Assembly: GCA_964413125.1 (NCBI GenBank) | Contig: CAYPSZ010000424.1 | Coordinates: 9,140 to 73,139, forward strand | Direction of reading: 5' to 3' | DNA length: 64,000 nucleotides | Source: an uncultured Desulfobacterales bacterium | GTDB lineage: Bacteria; Desulfobacterota; DSM-4660; Desulfatiglandales; HGW-15 | Part shown: piece by piece, positions 1 through 8,892 of the stretch | Layout of the letters: each line of letters opens with the position of its first letter | How positions within the stretch are numbered: the stretch's first letter is position 1 | Notes under the pieces: generated by a model | What the model saw: the letters and a program-made list of their open reading frames with translations, nothing else | Databases searched by the model: none | What the model was told of the DNA's origin: nothing | Made by a program: the position numbers and the translations under genes

Positions 1-2
1 TT

Positions 3-233
3 CTTTGCGGATTATGTGTGCGGGTATGCGACGAAGTGGTGGGAATTCAAGCCATTTCCTTTGGTTCCAGAGGGGTTCACAAGCACGTTGCCACACCCTA
101 TATGGTCCCCAACCAGGCCTGCATCGCATGTGGTTCCTGTGTCACCGTCTGTCCAACCGGTGCCATGCAGGAACGCCTGGACAGGGTGAGAGGCGATGTG
201 GCGGAGCGAACCGGGCGTGGCTTCGCCCATTAA
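3..233 (+). CDS. 3' end of an Fe-S protein gene (NuoG / [FeFe]-hydrogenase N-terminal-type 4Fe-4S module); 5' end lies outside the window
   Basis: The frame-3 ORF runs off the left edge. Its translation ends ...NQACIACGSCVTVCPTGAMQERL..., a CxxCxxCxxxCP cluster motif. The stop at 231-233 is followed directly by the RBS of the next gene. Confidence 0.45.
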   Translation, partial: LCGLCVRVCDEVVGIQAISFGSRGVHKHVATPYMVPNQACIACGSCVTVCPTGAMQERLDRVRGDVAERTGRGFAH

Positions 234-244
234 GGAGGTGTAAA

Positions 245-2701
245 GTGAAAATCCAAGAAAGCCCAAAAGTGCAACCAATAAAAGAGGATATGGTGGGAGT
301 ATTTATCTGTGAATGCGGAGAACGAATCGACGGAAAATTAGACCTCTCACACCTGCATGAGCTCCTGAAGAATTCTCCGTTGGTGGATTACGTAAAGATT
401 CTGCCTTACTGCTGCGAACGTCCCGGGCTCTCCGAGATCCGGGAGGCGGTGGAGCGCAACAGGATCAACCGTTTGATCGTGGCCGGTTGCGCCCGGCGCA
501 TCATGCTCAAGAAGTTCGAGAGGGCCCTGGAGGACTTGGGGTTGCAGGAGGGGCAGATAGACATGATCAATCTGCGGGATCACATTGCTGCGGTCAACGA
601 AGGCGAACCCGCGGATCTAGCCGCCAAAGGAGCCAAACTTATTCAAGCTTCAGCAGCCGGGCTCAAGGCCCTGGTTCCGTCGCCCAAACAGAAGGTCGGT
701 ATCGATGGGCCGGTGATGATATTGGGCGGGGGTATTGCAACCTATTCCTCGGCTCAAGAGCTTGCTCACGCGGGGATCGAGGTAGTGATGGCGGTTCAGA
801 CCGAGGATATCGAAGACGAGATAAGGATTCTTCACGAGCGGTATCCAGGGGAGCGCCACTACCATGACAGACTGATGAAGATCATGACCGAAGTTGAAGA
901 GACCCCTCTTGTCAAAAGGATTTCCGTCGGAGAGTTGGAAGAGGTAATGGGGACGGTGGGCAATTACACCGTTACGTTTACTGCAGAGGGAAACCAACCT
1001 CCCCGGGTGTACAAGGCCGGGGCCATCATCGCCGCCTTGGATGGTGAAATGCTCAATCAGGGGACCGATTTCGGTCACGACAGCAAGCGGGTTCTCTGTC
1101 ATACGGAAATGGAGGAGCACCTCTGGTTATACGGCGTACCGGCCCATCCAGTCGTCTTCTGGGTTAACGATCTTGAGACACATCAGCCGGACTACGCCAC
1201 GCTCTCCGCTCGAACAGCATGGAACATGGCCGTCTACATCCGGGAAAACAACAAGAAGTGTGAACTGACAATCCTCTACAATGACCGGATCTCTCCTCCC
1301 TTGAATGCGGAGGAAAGAGCCAGGACGCGCCGGGACAACATCAAGTGGGTCCCGTACGATGGTACAGTCCGTCCTACTGTTCAGGACGGCTACATCACCT
1401 ATAATGAGCCCATAAGTCAGATAGAGCGCGAACTGGCCTGGAAGCAGCTCGTTCTATCTCCCTTGCGCCACCCGGGTCTGGAGCAGATCAAGGTGGCCAG
1501 GATACTGGGGCTTCATGTTCACGGAGAGGATTTCCTCGAGCGCAACCCGCAGATGGTGCGTCCTGAGCAGGTGGGCATGGAAGAGAAATTCCTTGCGGGT
1601 TCGGCCAGGCAGCCCTGTGACCTGCGGGAAAGCCTTCGCCAGGGAAGGCGTGCCGCCCACAGGACCGCGGAAATAATACAAAAGGCCAAATCCGGACAAT
1701 TGTACGCCCCCAGAATGGTTTGCCTGGTGGATCCGGAGAAGTGCATAGGCTGCGGGCTGTGCAAAGAGATCTGTGACTGCGGAGGAATAGCACCCGTGGA
1801 AGGAAAGGGAGGAGGCATACCTCGCGTGGTGGACCCCATGACCTGCACGGGAGGAGGCACTTGCGCGGCTGCATGTCCTTATCACGCACTGGTACTGCAG
1901 AACAATACCACCGCACAGAGAGAAGCCCGGGTATCTGCACTGACCCGGCAGTTGGCTCAAGATGAAGTCATTGGATTCGGTTGCCGCTGGGGTGGAGGAG
2001 CTGCAGCGGACAATGCAGGGATGCGGGGCATTAGATGCAATCGGCGATTCCACCTCTTGGAGGTTGATTGCATAGGACAACTGGACGCCACGGTTATGGG
2101 ACGGGCTTTTAAGGATGGGGCCAACGCCCTATTGCTTCTGGGATGCCCCCCAGAGGCTTGCCACCACAGTTACGGCCTGGACCACACATGGAGCCGCGTC
2201 CTGTTGGTGAAGAAGCTGCTGTCGCTTATCGGCCTGAATCGCGACCGCATAGCCCTGGCCCACATGGATCTGAATGACCCTGAGCAACTGGCCCGCACAG
2301 TGGACCGATTCGTCTCCATGGCCGATGAAATGGGGCCCATCCCAGACGACCCGGAGACCAAGGCTAAGCTTAATGACCTGTACGACACTCTTAGGGCCCC
2401 GCGTGTGCGGTGGGTCCTGGGCGCCAGCCTGCGACGGCCCTGGGAAACCACATACCCCACGGATCAGCGCAACGCCCTGGCCTACGACGAGACTCTGACG
2501 GATATTTTAAAGGAGGAATTTCTGCGGACGCGTGTCTTCAACTTCCTGAAACGCGAAGCCGGAATTCTTCATCTGAGTGACATTGTAGGATCCATCCATG
2601 AGGAAAAACAAAGCGTACTCAACTGCCTCAAAGACCTATCGGAAGAGGGCATGATATCAAGGATCTACAAAGATAGGGTACCGTATTATACGCTTCAGTA
2701 G
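245..2701 (+). CDS. HdrA-like flavoprotein / MvhD-like fusion with two ferredoxin motifs and a winged-helix-like C-terminal tail
   Basis: GTG at 245 sits 7 nt after AAGGAGG (232-238); an alternative ATG is at 290. The translation shows an HdrA-type CxCG insert (VFICECGERI), GGGIA Rossmann motif, CIGCGLCKEICDC and CTGGGTCAAACP clusters, and an MvhD/FlpD-like block (FGCRWGGGAAADNAG...LLLLGCPPEACHH). The last ~66 aa look like a wHTH (LSDIVGSIHEEKQSVLNCLKDLSEEGMISRIYKDRVPYYTL). Confidence 0.7.
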   Translation: MKIQESPKVQPIKEDMVGVFICECGERIDGKLDLSHLHELLKNSPLVDYVKILPYCCERPGLSEIREAVERNRINRLIVAGCARRIMLKKFERALEDLGLQEGQIDMINLRDHIAAVNEGEPADLAAKGAKLIQASAAGLKALVPSPKQKVGIDGPVMILGGGIATYSSAQELAHAGIEVVMAVQTEDIEDEIRILHERYPGERHYHDRLMKIMTEVEETPLVKRISVGELEEVMGTVGNYTVTFTAEGNQPPRVYKAGAIIAALDGEMLNQGTDFGHDSKRVLCHTEMEEHLWLYGVPAHPVVFWVNDLETHQPDYATLSARTAWNMAVYIRENNKKCELTILYNDRISPPLNAEERARTRRDNIKWVPYDGTVRPTVQDGYITYNEPISQIERELAWKQLVLSPLRHPGLEQIKVARILGLHVHGEDFLERNPQMVRPEQVGMEEKFLAGSARQPCDLRESLRQGRRAAHRTAEIIQKAKSGQLYAPRMVCLVDPEKCIGCGLCKEICDCGGIAPVEGKGGGIPRVVDPMTCTGGGTCAAACPYHALVLQNNTTAQREARVSALTRQLAQDEVIGFGCRWGGGAAADNAGMRGIRCNRRFHLLEVDCIGQLDATVMGRAFKDGANALLLLGCPPEACHHSYGLDHTWSRVLLVKKLLSLIGLNRDRIALAHMDLNDPEQLARTVDRFVSMADEMGPIPDDPETKAKLNDLYDTLRAPRVRWVLGASLRRPWETTYPTDQRNALAYDETLTDILKEEFLRTRVFNFLKREAGILHLSDIVGSIHEEKQSVLNCLKDLSEEGMISRIYKDRVPYYTLQ

Positions 2702-2734
2702 GGCTTTAAGAAAAAACTTTACTCGCATTTAGAA

Positions 2735-2765
2735 GCCCCGGAATTGAACTCCCGGATTCCGGGGC
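2735..2765. terminator. Perfect 10-bp inverted repeat between convergent genes (possible bidirectional terminator)
   Basis: GCCCCGGAAT (2735-2744) and ATTCCGGGGC (2756-2765) flank an 11-nt loop. It lies between the stop of the + gene (2701) and the stop of hdrB (2861). There is no clear U-tract. Confidence 0.4.
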
Positions 2766-2860
2766 CTTACCGTGTAACTACCCGCTCAATCTGCAGTAGG
2801 CAGGTCTACTCCAGATCGAAGCATGGTTCGGACTGAAAATGCATAACGCAAGGCACCTCA

Positions 2861-3757
2861 TTATTCTTTATCAAAGTATGCTGCAAGCAGGTCTCGGGTC
2901 TTGACCACATTCATGTTAAGCCCCAGTTCCTTTCGGTCAAACCCCATGGCCAGGCCCAACACCTGTGTGAGGTAGAGCACCGGAAGATCGTAGTCTTTAT
3001 CAAAGGCCGTTTGGATACTCTTCTGGTTACTGTCCAACATCACCGAACAAAAAGGGCAAACCAGGCCTATGGCATCGGCCCCTGTCAGGGAGATATCATC
3101 CAATTTTTCCTTGGCCACACTGAGGGCTGTCTGTTCATCCACCGGAAGCACCGGGCCGCCGCAACACCTGTTCTTACCCGGATAATCCACCGTTTCCGCT
3201 CCGGTCAACGCCGTCAGGGTATCCAGGCTTTGTGGATTGTGCGCGTTATCAAAGCAGTCGTATATTTCCGATGGTTTCAAATAATGACACCCGTAATGGT
3301 TGGCGATTCTGATCCCTTTCAAGCTCTTGGTAAAAAGTGGCTTGATATTTTCAGGTCCTATCTCTTCGTATAGGATGCGGGCAAAGTGCCGGACCTTGAT
3401 GTTGCCCTCAAATTTGACCCCTACCTTTCCCAGACGCCTGTTGACCGCCTGTCGAGCCTCTTCATCTTCCGCCAGGCAATGGGCCGTCTCGGTCAATGAC
3501 GATGCACAGGAGCTGCACAGGGCGCAGAGGTCCAGCCCTTCCTGTTGCGCCAGGGCCAGGTTATAGGCGGCCAATACCAGGGCGGTTTCCCGGTCGGAGT
3601 TCTTTATGGGAAAACCGCAGCAGATGAACCGATCCAGGTCCACCAGCTCGATGTCCAGTTTCTCGGCCACCCTTCTGGTGGACATCTCGTAGTTACGGGA
3701 CCGCGCCGGTATGGTGCACCCCAGAAAAAGCGCGTAACGCAATGGAGTCTTCAACAA
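2861..3757 (-). CDS. hdrB: Heterodisulfide reductase subunit B-like (two CCG domains)
   Basis: 298 aa. CCG-type cysteine motifs are present (FICCGFP, NRCCGGP, VCPFCSVML) and it sits directly downstream of hdrC. Confidence 0.8.
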   Translation of the reverse strand: MLKTPLRYALFLGCTIPARSRNYEMSTRRVAEKLDIELVDLDRFICCGFPIKNSDRETALVLAAYNLALAQQEGLDLCALCSSCASSLTETAHCLAEDEEARQAVNRRLGKVGVKFEGNIKVRHFARILYEEIGPENIKPLFTKSLKGIRIANHYGCHYLKPSEIYDCFDNAHNPQSLDTLTALTGAETVDYPGKNRCCGGPVLPVDEQTALSVAKEKLDDISLTGADAIGLVCPFCSVMLDSNQKSIQTAFDKDYDLPVLYLTQVLGLAMGFDRKELGLNMNVVKTRDLLAAYFDKE

Positions 3758-3796
3758 AACCCTCGCTCACAGGAGTGAATTATGGGAGCCGGCGGC

Positions 3797-4264
3797 TCAT
3801 GGAAAAAGCTGTTCGGCTATATCGCAGTGTGTTCTAAGTACCGGAAGGCCTGCTTTCTTTCTTTTCTTGCTGTCAAAATCATCCAAGGGATAGATGCGCC
3901 CCTCCTTTCGCACCACATCCTGCTGGGCCCGAACCCCTGCGGGCATGTGCCCCGTCTTAAATGCAATGTTCTTAAGAAGGGTCATAATTTCTGTAATTCG
4001 AACGCCCTGAGGACAGCTCTCTTGACATGTATAACATCCGGAGCATAGCCAGATGAAATCACTTGCCAGGATCTCCTCTCTCAATCCATAAAGAGCCATG
4101 CGGATGATTCGGGCCGGATCAAATCGGTAGTCTACGGCCTTGACCGGGCAACTTGCCGAACATGTCCTGCAAGCCATACAGGCCGTGAAAAGATGGCCTG
4201 CGGGCTGCCTGAGGAGTTCATTTTTGAAAGACGGATCCGTGTTTTCAAGATCAAGAACCACCAT
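3797..4264 (-). CDS. hdrC: Heterodisulfide reductase subunit C-like (2x[4Fe-4S])
   Basis: 155 aa with CMACRTCSASCP and CSGCYTCQESCP motifs in the typical HdrC arrangement, adjacent to hdrB. Confidence 0.75.
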   Translation of the reverse strand: MVVLDLENTDPSFKNELLRQPAGHLFTACMACRTCSASCPVKAVDYRFDPARIIRMALYGLREEILASDFIWLCSGCYTCQESCPQGVRITEIMTLLKNIAFKTGHMPAGVRAQQDVVRKEGRIYPLDDFDSKKRKKAGLPVLRTHCDIAEQLFP

Positions 4265-4275
4265 GGCTTTGACCC

Positions 4276-5751
4276 TTAATCCTCGGTCAGAGGCAGATAA
4301 AAATGGAAGGTGCTACCTTGATCAAGGGCGCTTTCCACGCGGACCCGGCCGTTGTGGGCCTCGAGAATACTCTTGACTATGGGCAGCCCCAGGCCGGTCC
4401 CGGTAATAAACATGGTCTTTTCGCTCTTTACCCTGTAGAAGCGATTGAAAATCTGATTGAGATCTTTCTTATCGATCCCGATGCCCGTATCCTGAACGCT
4501 TATACGCAGATAGTGACCTTCCACTCTTGCCGACACCGTTACCCGCCCACCCTCAGGGGTATAGTGGATTGCGTTGGTTATGAGATTTGACAGGACTTCT
4601 TCCATATTGGGTCTGTTAGCCACCACCGACGGCAGTTTAGGCAAAGGCGCCGACTTAAGATGTATGTTTTTCTCCTGCGCTTTGGCATCGTGAAAGGCGA
4701 TCTGATCCGCAATGAGCATAGCCATGTCCAGTGCCTCCTTTTCCTGCGTGATCAGGCCGGACTCGATCTTGGCAAGGTCAAGGAGCTCCGATGACAGATC
4801 AGTAAGGACGATAATCCTCTTTGAGGCCCGATCCAAAATCTCTTTCTGCTTTTCCGTGACTTCTCCGGCAAGGCCGTCTTGAAGCACCTTGAGTTGGGCC
4901 AGAACCGAGTTCATGGGGCTTTTGATTTCATGGGCCACCATGGAAACGAAATTGGATTTGATCCTGTCCATTTTCTTTAGGGCCGTAATATCGTGCAGGA
5001 GAGTAAGGGCCCCAAGATTACGACCGAGGCGGTCGCGGAAGGGGACACAGCGGGCGCCCAGAACAATCTCCTGCTCATCTCCCCTGGCTTCGAAGTCCAA
5101 CTCCCCGGTCAGTTCCACGAACCGGTCTTCCGGCATGGCCAGGGCCTGGTCAATCATAACCAGAAGTCTATCGTCGCGAACGCAATCGGCCACGCTTCGC
5201 CCGATGACCTGGGCTCCGTGGTAACGCATCATTTTCAGAAAAGCCGGGTTGGCCAAGGCTACTCGCTTGTTCATATCCACGGCCATGACCCCGCTGTCGA
5301 GCTGGTTGACAAGCACGCGGATCCGCGACTTTTCGTGAGCGATGTCCTGCAGCGTTCGGGTATACTCCATGGCCTTGTAGACTATCAATCTGAGCTGGTC
5401 CGGCGCGAACGGCTTAGGGATGAAATCGAAAGCGCCTTTCTTCATGGACTCGATTGAATGTTCCACCGTGGCATATCCCGAGATCACTATGATAACGGTG
5501 TCCGGGTGGAGACCCTTGACGTGACCCAGGACATCGAAACCGGACAGTCCGGGCATCATCAGATCCAGCAGGATGATATCGTAGTGGTCCTTCTCGATCA
5601 TCTCAATACCGCGATTGCCGTCTTCGGCCAGGGCCACATCAAAGCCTTCCTCGGTCAGGACCTTGTGACAACCCTCCCTGATACGCTTTTCATCATCTAT
5701 AATGAGGATCCGAGGATGAAAAATATGCTTTTTGGTTGTATTTATATTCAC
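4276..5751 (-). CDS. Hybrid response-regulator receiver - PAS - HisKA - HATPase histidine kinase
   Basis: It has an N-terminal receiver (ILIIDDE...DIILLDLMMPG), an H-box (SMVAHEIKSPMN), and N/G boxes (LITNAIHYTP, DTGIGI, GTGLGLPIV). Its start overlaps the upstream stop by 4 nt. Confidence 0.8.
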   Translation of the reverse strand: MNINTTKKHIFHPRILIIDDEKRIREGCHKVLTEEGFDVALAEDGNRGIEMIEKDHYDIILLDLMMPGLSGFDVLGHVKGLHPDTVIIVISGYATVEHSIESMKKGAFDFIPKPFAPDQLRLIVYKAMEYTRTLQDIAHEKSRIRVLVNQLDSGVMAVDMNKRVALANPAFLKMMRYHGAQVIGRSVADCVRDDRLLVMIDQALAMPEDRFVELTGELDFEARGDEQEIVLGARCVPFRDRLGRNLGALTLLHDITALKKMDRIKSNFVSMVAHEIKSPMNSVLAQLKVLQDGLAGEVTEKQKEILDRASKRIIVLTDLSSELLDLAKIESGLITQEKEALDMAMLIADQIAFHDAKAQEKNIHLKSAPLPKLPSVVANRPNMEEVLSNLITNAIHYTPEGGRVTVSARVEGHYLRISVQDTGIGIDKKDLNQIFNRFYRVKSEKTMFITGTGLGLPIVKSILEAHNGRVRVESALDQGSTFHFYLPLTED

Positions 5752-7277
5752 ATCAAAGCTTCCTTTAATATCTCAAAACGGCCATTTTCAGGAATAAAGA
5801 GAGGAAGTTCAATCAAGAAGGTGGTTCCTTCAGGACCTGTCTTTTTGATTGAAATTTCACCTCCGTTTTCTTTTACTATCCCGTACGCCGTGCTCAAACC
5901 CAGGCCTGTTCCCTTTCCAGTACCCTTAGTGGTGAAAAACGGATCAAAAACCTTTGAGATGTTTTGCTCCGGGATACCGCTTCCAGTGTCTGAGATCTCC
6001 ACATACGCCCTTTTGGCACCCCTGTCACGGTATGTGCGAAAAGTGAGAGTCCCTCTTCTTTCCATGGCGTCTATGGCGTTCATGACCAAATTGATGATCA
6101 CCTGGCTAAGCTGATTCATGTCCGCGTGAATCAGCATCATATCCTCTGAAAGATCCATTTTTACAGCAGTGTTGATGAAAAGCTTTTGATCACGAATGAG
6201 CCCCAACCCCTGTTCAACCAGGGAATTCAACTGAAAAATCTCCATTTCAGGCGCAGCTTGGCGGCTGTAAGCCAGGAGGTTCTTGATAATGCTCTTACAT
6301 CGGTTGGCATCTTCGAGCACACACTCCAGATCCTCCCTGTAATCGCTTGCCTGGTCGAGCCGCTCGAGAACAATGTTCAGGTAGAGAAGAATGCCTGTCA
6401 GGGGGTTGTTGAGCTCGTGGGCCACACCGGCCGCAAGTTGTCCCAGGGAAGCCATCTTCTCAGAGTGAACAAGACGGTTCTGTGCGTCCTTGAGCTTACG
6501 TTCAACGGCAAGTCGCTCCCTGAGGTCATTGTAGATCCCCATGGTGGCCACTTCTTGGGTCCCCTCATAAATTATGGCGGCCGTAATCTCGACAGGAATC
6601 GATTCGCCGGATGCATTAATGATTTCCACCTTGGTTACGGGCAGTTTTCCCTTTGCGCTGATTGATTCATCTCGAAGCATTCTCATGATATCCCGGGCTT
6701 TGCCAGGGGCGTACACCTGTTCCACATTCTTCTTGCCCAGAACACGCTCAATAGGATAACCGAACAACTCCTCTGCAGCCCGGTTCATGAAAAGTATCTC
6801 CCCGCTCATATTCGCGGCCACAATCGCACTTGGTGAGCTCTGGAGCACCTCCTCGAAGAACTCTTTGGTTTCTCGAAGCTCCTTCTCCAGTTTCTTGACC
6901 CTGGTGACATCCCGGATACTCTCCATGACATAAAGAACACGTCCCATTTCATCCAGAATAGGCGAGAAAACCCTTTCCTCCCAGCGCTCTCCGGCGCCCC
7001 CGAATGTCGTCTGCATCACCAGGCTTCTTGGCTTTCCGTCTTTGACGACCTGGGCAAGGGGGCACTGGTGCATGGTGCAAGGTTCATCCAGTTCATAAAA
7101 GGCCTTGTAGCACATCCTGCCCACAATACCGTTCATCCCGCCGAACTTTTTGAGAAAGACCTGATTCACACTTACGATGGTCCTGTCGGTGTTCAGGATG
7201 AGTGTTGGAAAAGAGAGCGAGTCAAATACTCGAATTCTCCAGTCTTTCTCTGTATCAATCTTTTCTCGCTTTATCAT
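5748..7277 (-). CDS. PAS/PAS sensor histidine kinase
   Basis: Two PAS-like segments, an H-box (AAGVAHELNNPL), and ATPase motifs (NLVMNAIDAM, DTGSGIP, GTGLGLSTAYGIV). Confidence 0.8.
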   Translation of the reverse strand: MIKREKIDTEKDWRIRVFDSLSFPTLILNTDRTIVSVNQVFLKKFGGMNGIVGRMCYKAFYELDEPCTMHQCPLAQVVKDGKPRSLVMQTTFGGAGERWEERVFSPILDEMGRVLYVMESIRDVTRVKKLEKELRETKEFFEEVLQSSPSAIVAANMSGEILFMNRAAEELFGYPIERVLGKKNVEQVYAPGKARDIMRMLRDESISAKGKLPVTKVEIINASGESIPVEITAAIIYEGTQEVATMGIYNDLRERLAVERKLKDAQNRLVHSEKMASLGQLAAGVAHELNNPLTGILLYLNIVLERLDQASDYREDLECVLEDANRCKSIIKNLLAYSRQAAPEMEIFQLNSLVEQGLGLIRDQKLFINTAVKMDLSEDMMLIHADMNQLSQVIINLVMNAIDAMERRGTLTFRTYRDRGAKRAYVEISDTGSGIPEQNISKVFDPFFTTKGTGKGTGLGLSTAYGIVKENGGEISIKKTGPEGTTFLIELPLFIPENGRFEILKEALM

Positions 7278-7313
7278 GGTTTTTATTATACTCTTATGAA
7301 CCCTTAAATCAAA

Positions 7314-7838
7314 TTAACTTACTTCTTTCGAACATTGACCCGTTGGCGGCAGGAAAGCCTTGGACAGGGCTTCCCTGGCCTCAGCCATCCGCGCCTCGGT
7401 CAGCACCAGGTAGATGGAAGAGGCTGAGCATGCGATCCCCAGGATCGGCACTTTGCGCTCCATCAGGGTATTCAATGCCGCAGCGGCTATTCCATACCGG
7501 TCCCCGAAATGCGGCCCGTAGAATTGGATCAGACAGGCGGGGTAATAGCTTGTCACGTTGTTTGCGGCGGCATCACCCAAAAATCCCCTTATAATACGGA
7601 TCGTTTCATCCTCCCATTGCCGCTCAACAAGAAGGCCGAATTCAATGGGCCCGCCCGCAAGGCCCTGACCCAGGACCAGGAGCATCCTCATGTCGGGTTC
7701 CCTCGTGTCCTGAATGCATGATCCTAAACGGGACAGCGATTCAGGGGAAGCACTCCACTGAATCAGTGCCAGCCCGGCGACCTCACTGAACCCATAGGTC
7801 TTGATCCTGTCTTCCCAGTAGACGGCGACGGTTTCCAC
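7314..7838 (-). CDS. ACT-domain-like small-molecule-binding protein (tentative)
   Basis: 174 aa. The C-terminal block LIQFYGPHFGDRYGIAAAALNTLMERKVPILGIACSASSIYLVL...AREAL resembles aspartokinase-type ACT domains. Assigned by motif memory only. Confidence 0.4.
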   Translation of the reverse strand: METVAVYWEDRIKTYGFSEVAGLALIQWSASPESLSRLGSCIQDTREPDMRMLLVLGQGLAGGPIEFGLLVERQWEDETIRIIRGFLGDAAANNVTSYYPACLIQFYGPHFGDRYGIAAAALNTLMERKVPILGIACSASSIYLVLTEARMAEAREALSKAFLPPTGQCSKEVS

Positions 7839-7895
7839 TCCTCACCTCCGCTGTTTGCCCGTGCAGTTAATCAGGAGCTGCGTCTCTCAAACAAC

Positions 7896-8435
7896 TTACA
7901 GACTTTCAGGAGGCTCCTCCCCATGCCTTAACGGACTTTGGGTAACGTGGAAATGATTGCGAATGGGTCTCTGGTTCGGCGGCATATGGAAGATCCCCTC
8001 CAAAGCTGCAGCCGCAGCGTCGAGAACGGCGTAATCCAAGACAAAAGTCAGGGGTGCCAGTGATGATGTCAGTCCATGGACGCTCAGCCCCGCCTTACCC
8101 AGCGCATGGAGGGACAATCCGAGTATCTGCAGCCTAAACCGGTGGGGGAAGACCGACAAGAGGCCCACAGCGGGAATGAATTCGATATGCCCGGCCAGGT
8201 CCGGGTCTTCACCAATGAAAGCCCTCGCTCGACCAAAGTCCTCCATGTCAACACAACAAGAGCTCCGGGAGCGGCCGCTGCGGCACATCGCTGAGATGAA
8301 GGGGATGTTGATTCGATTCGAGGCCAGGATTTTACACAGCCGAAAAAGCGCAAACTGAGGACGGGGATGACTCGCCACGTTTACCAAGGCGAGTTCCCCG
8401 CTCAACTTTATCCCTTCAATCCGAATTTTTTCCAC
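7896..8435 (-). CDS. ACT-domain-like protein, distant paralog of the downstream gene (tentative)
   Basis: 179 aa with two ACT-like blocks (LALVNV...ILASNRINIPFIS and LLSVFPHRF...LGKAGLSVHGLTSSLAPLTFVL...AAAAL) that align to the pattern of 7314-7838. Confidence 0.35.
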   Translation of the reverse strand: MEKIRIEGIKLSGELALVNVASHPRPQFALFRLCKILASNRINIPFISAMCRSGRSRSSCCVDMEDFGRARAFIGEDPDLAGHIEFIPAVGLLSVFPHRFRLQILGLSLHALGKAGLSVHGLTSSLAPLTFVLDYAVLDAAAAALEGIFHMPPNQRPIRNHFHVTQSPLRHGEEPPESL

Positions 8436-8479
8436 CTTGCGCGTCCGCCAACCGGCATACTGCAGAACAAATGCGTCGG

Positions 8480-8866
8480 CTAGGAGGTGTAGGTGTCGAC
8501 GATGTCCATCAGCTTGTCCAGATCTATGGGTTTGGGAATGAAATCATCCGCCAGAGTAGTAATTCCGTCCCTATGCATATATCTGGTCGTGGTCACGGCC
8601 TCACCCACCGCGGTTAGCAAAACTACGGTTATGTCTTTGTAGTCCGGATCTTTTTTAATCTCATCGCACAACTGGTACCCATTCTTGTTAGGCATCATCA
8701 CGTCCAGGATCAGAAGCTTAGGTCTTTCCTCCTTGATCTTATCCCAAGCCTGAACACCGTCATAGGCCTTGGCAACCCGAAAACCCCTGTTTTCAAGCTT
8801 CATGGACACGGCTTCAACCAAGTCCGGATCATCATCCACCACTAGAATAAGCTGCTTATGGGTCAT
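8480..8866 (-). CDS. Stand-alone CheY-like response regulator receiver
   Basis: 128 aa with the LVVDDDPD...LLILDVMMP...KP receiver signature and no output domain. Confidence 0.85.
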   Translation of the reverse strand: MTHKQLILVVDDDPDLVEAVSMKLENRGFRVAKAYDGVQAWDKIKEERPKLLILDVMMPNKNGYQLCDEIKKDPDYKDITVVLLTAVGEAVTTTRYMHRDGITTLADDFIPKPIDLDKLMDIVDTYTS

Positions 8867-8892
8867 TGTCTATCTCCTTCGAGGTTATAGTG

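Noticed and set aside
5-244. The N-terminal 80 codons of the 898-aa ORF 5-2701.
   Set aside because: This stretch overlaps the end of the upstream Fe-S gene in another frame and has no RBS. A GTG at 245 with a perfect AAGGAGG, right after the upstream stop, is the sensible start.
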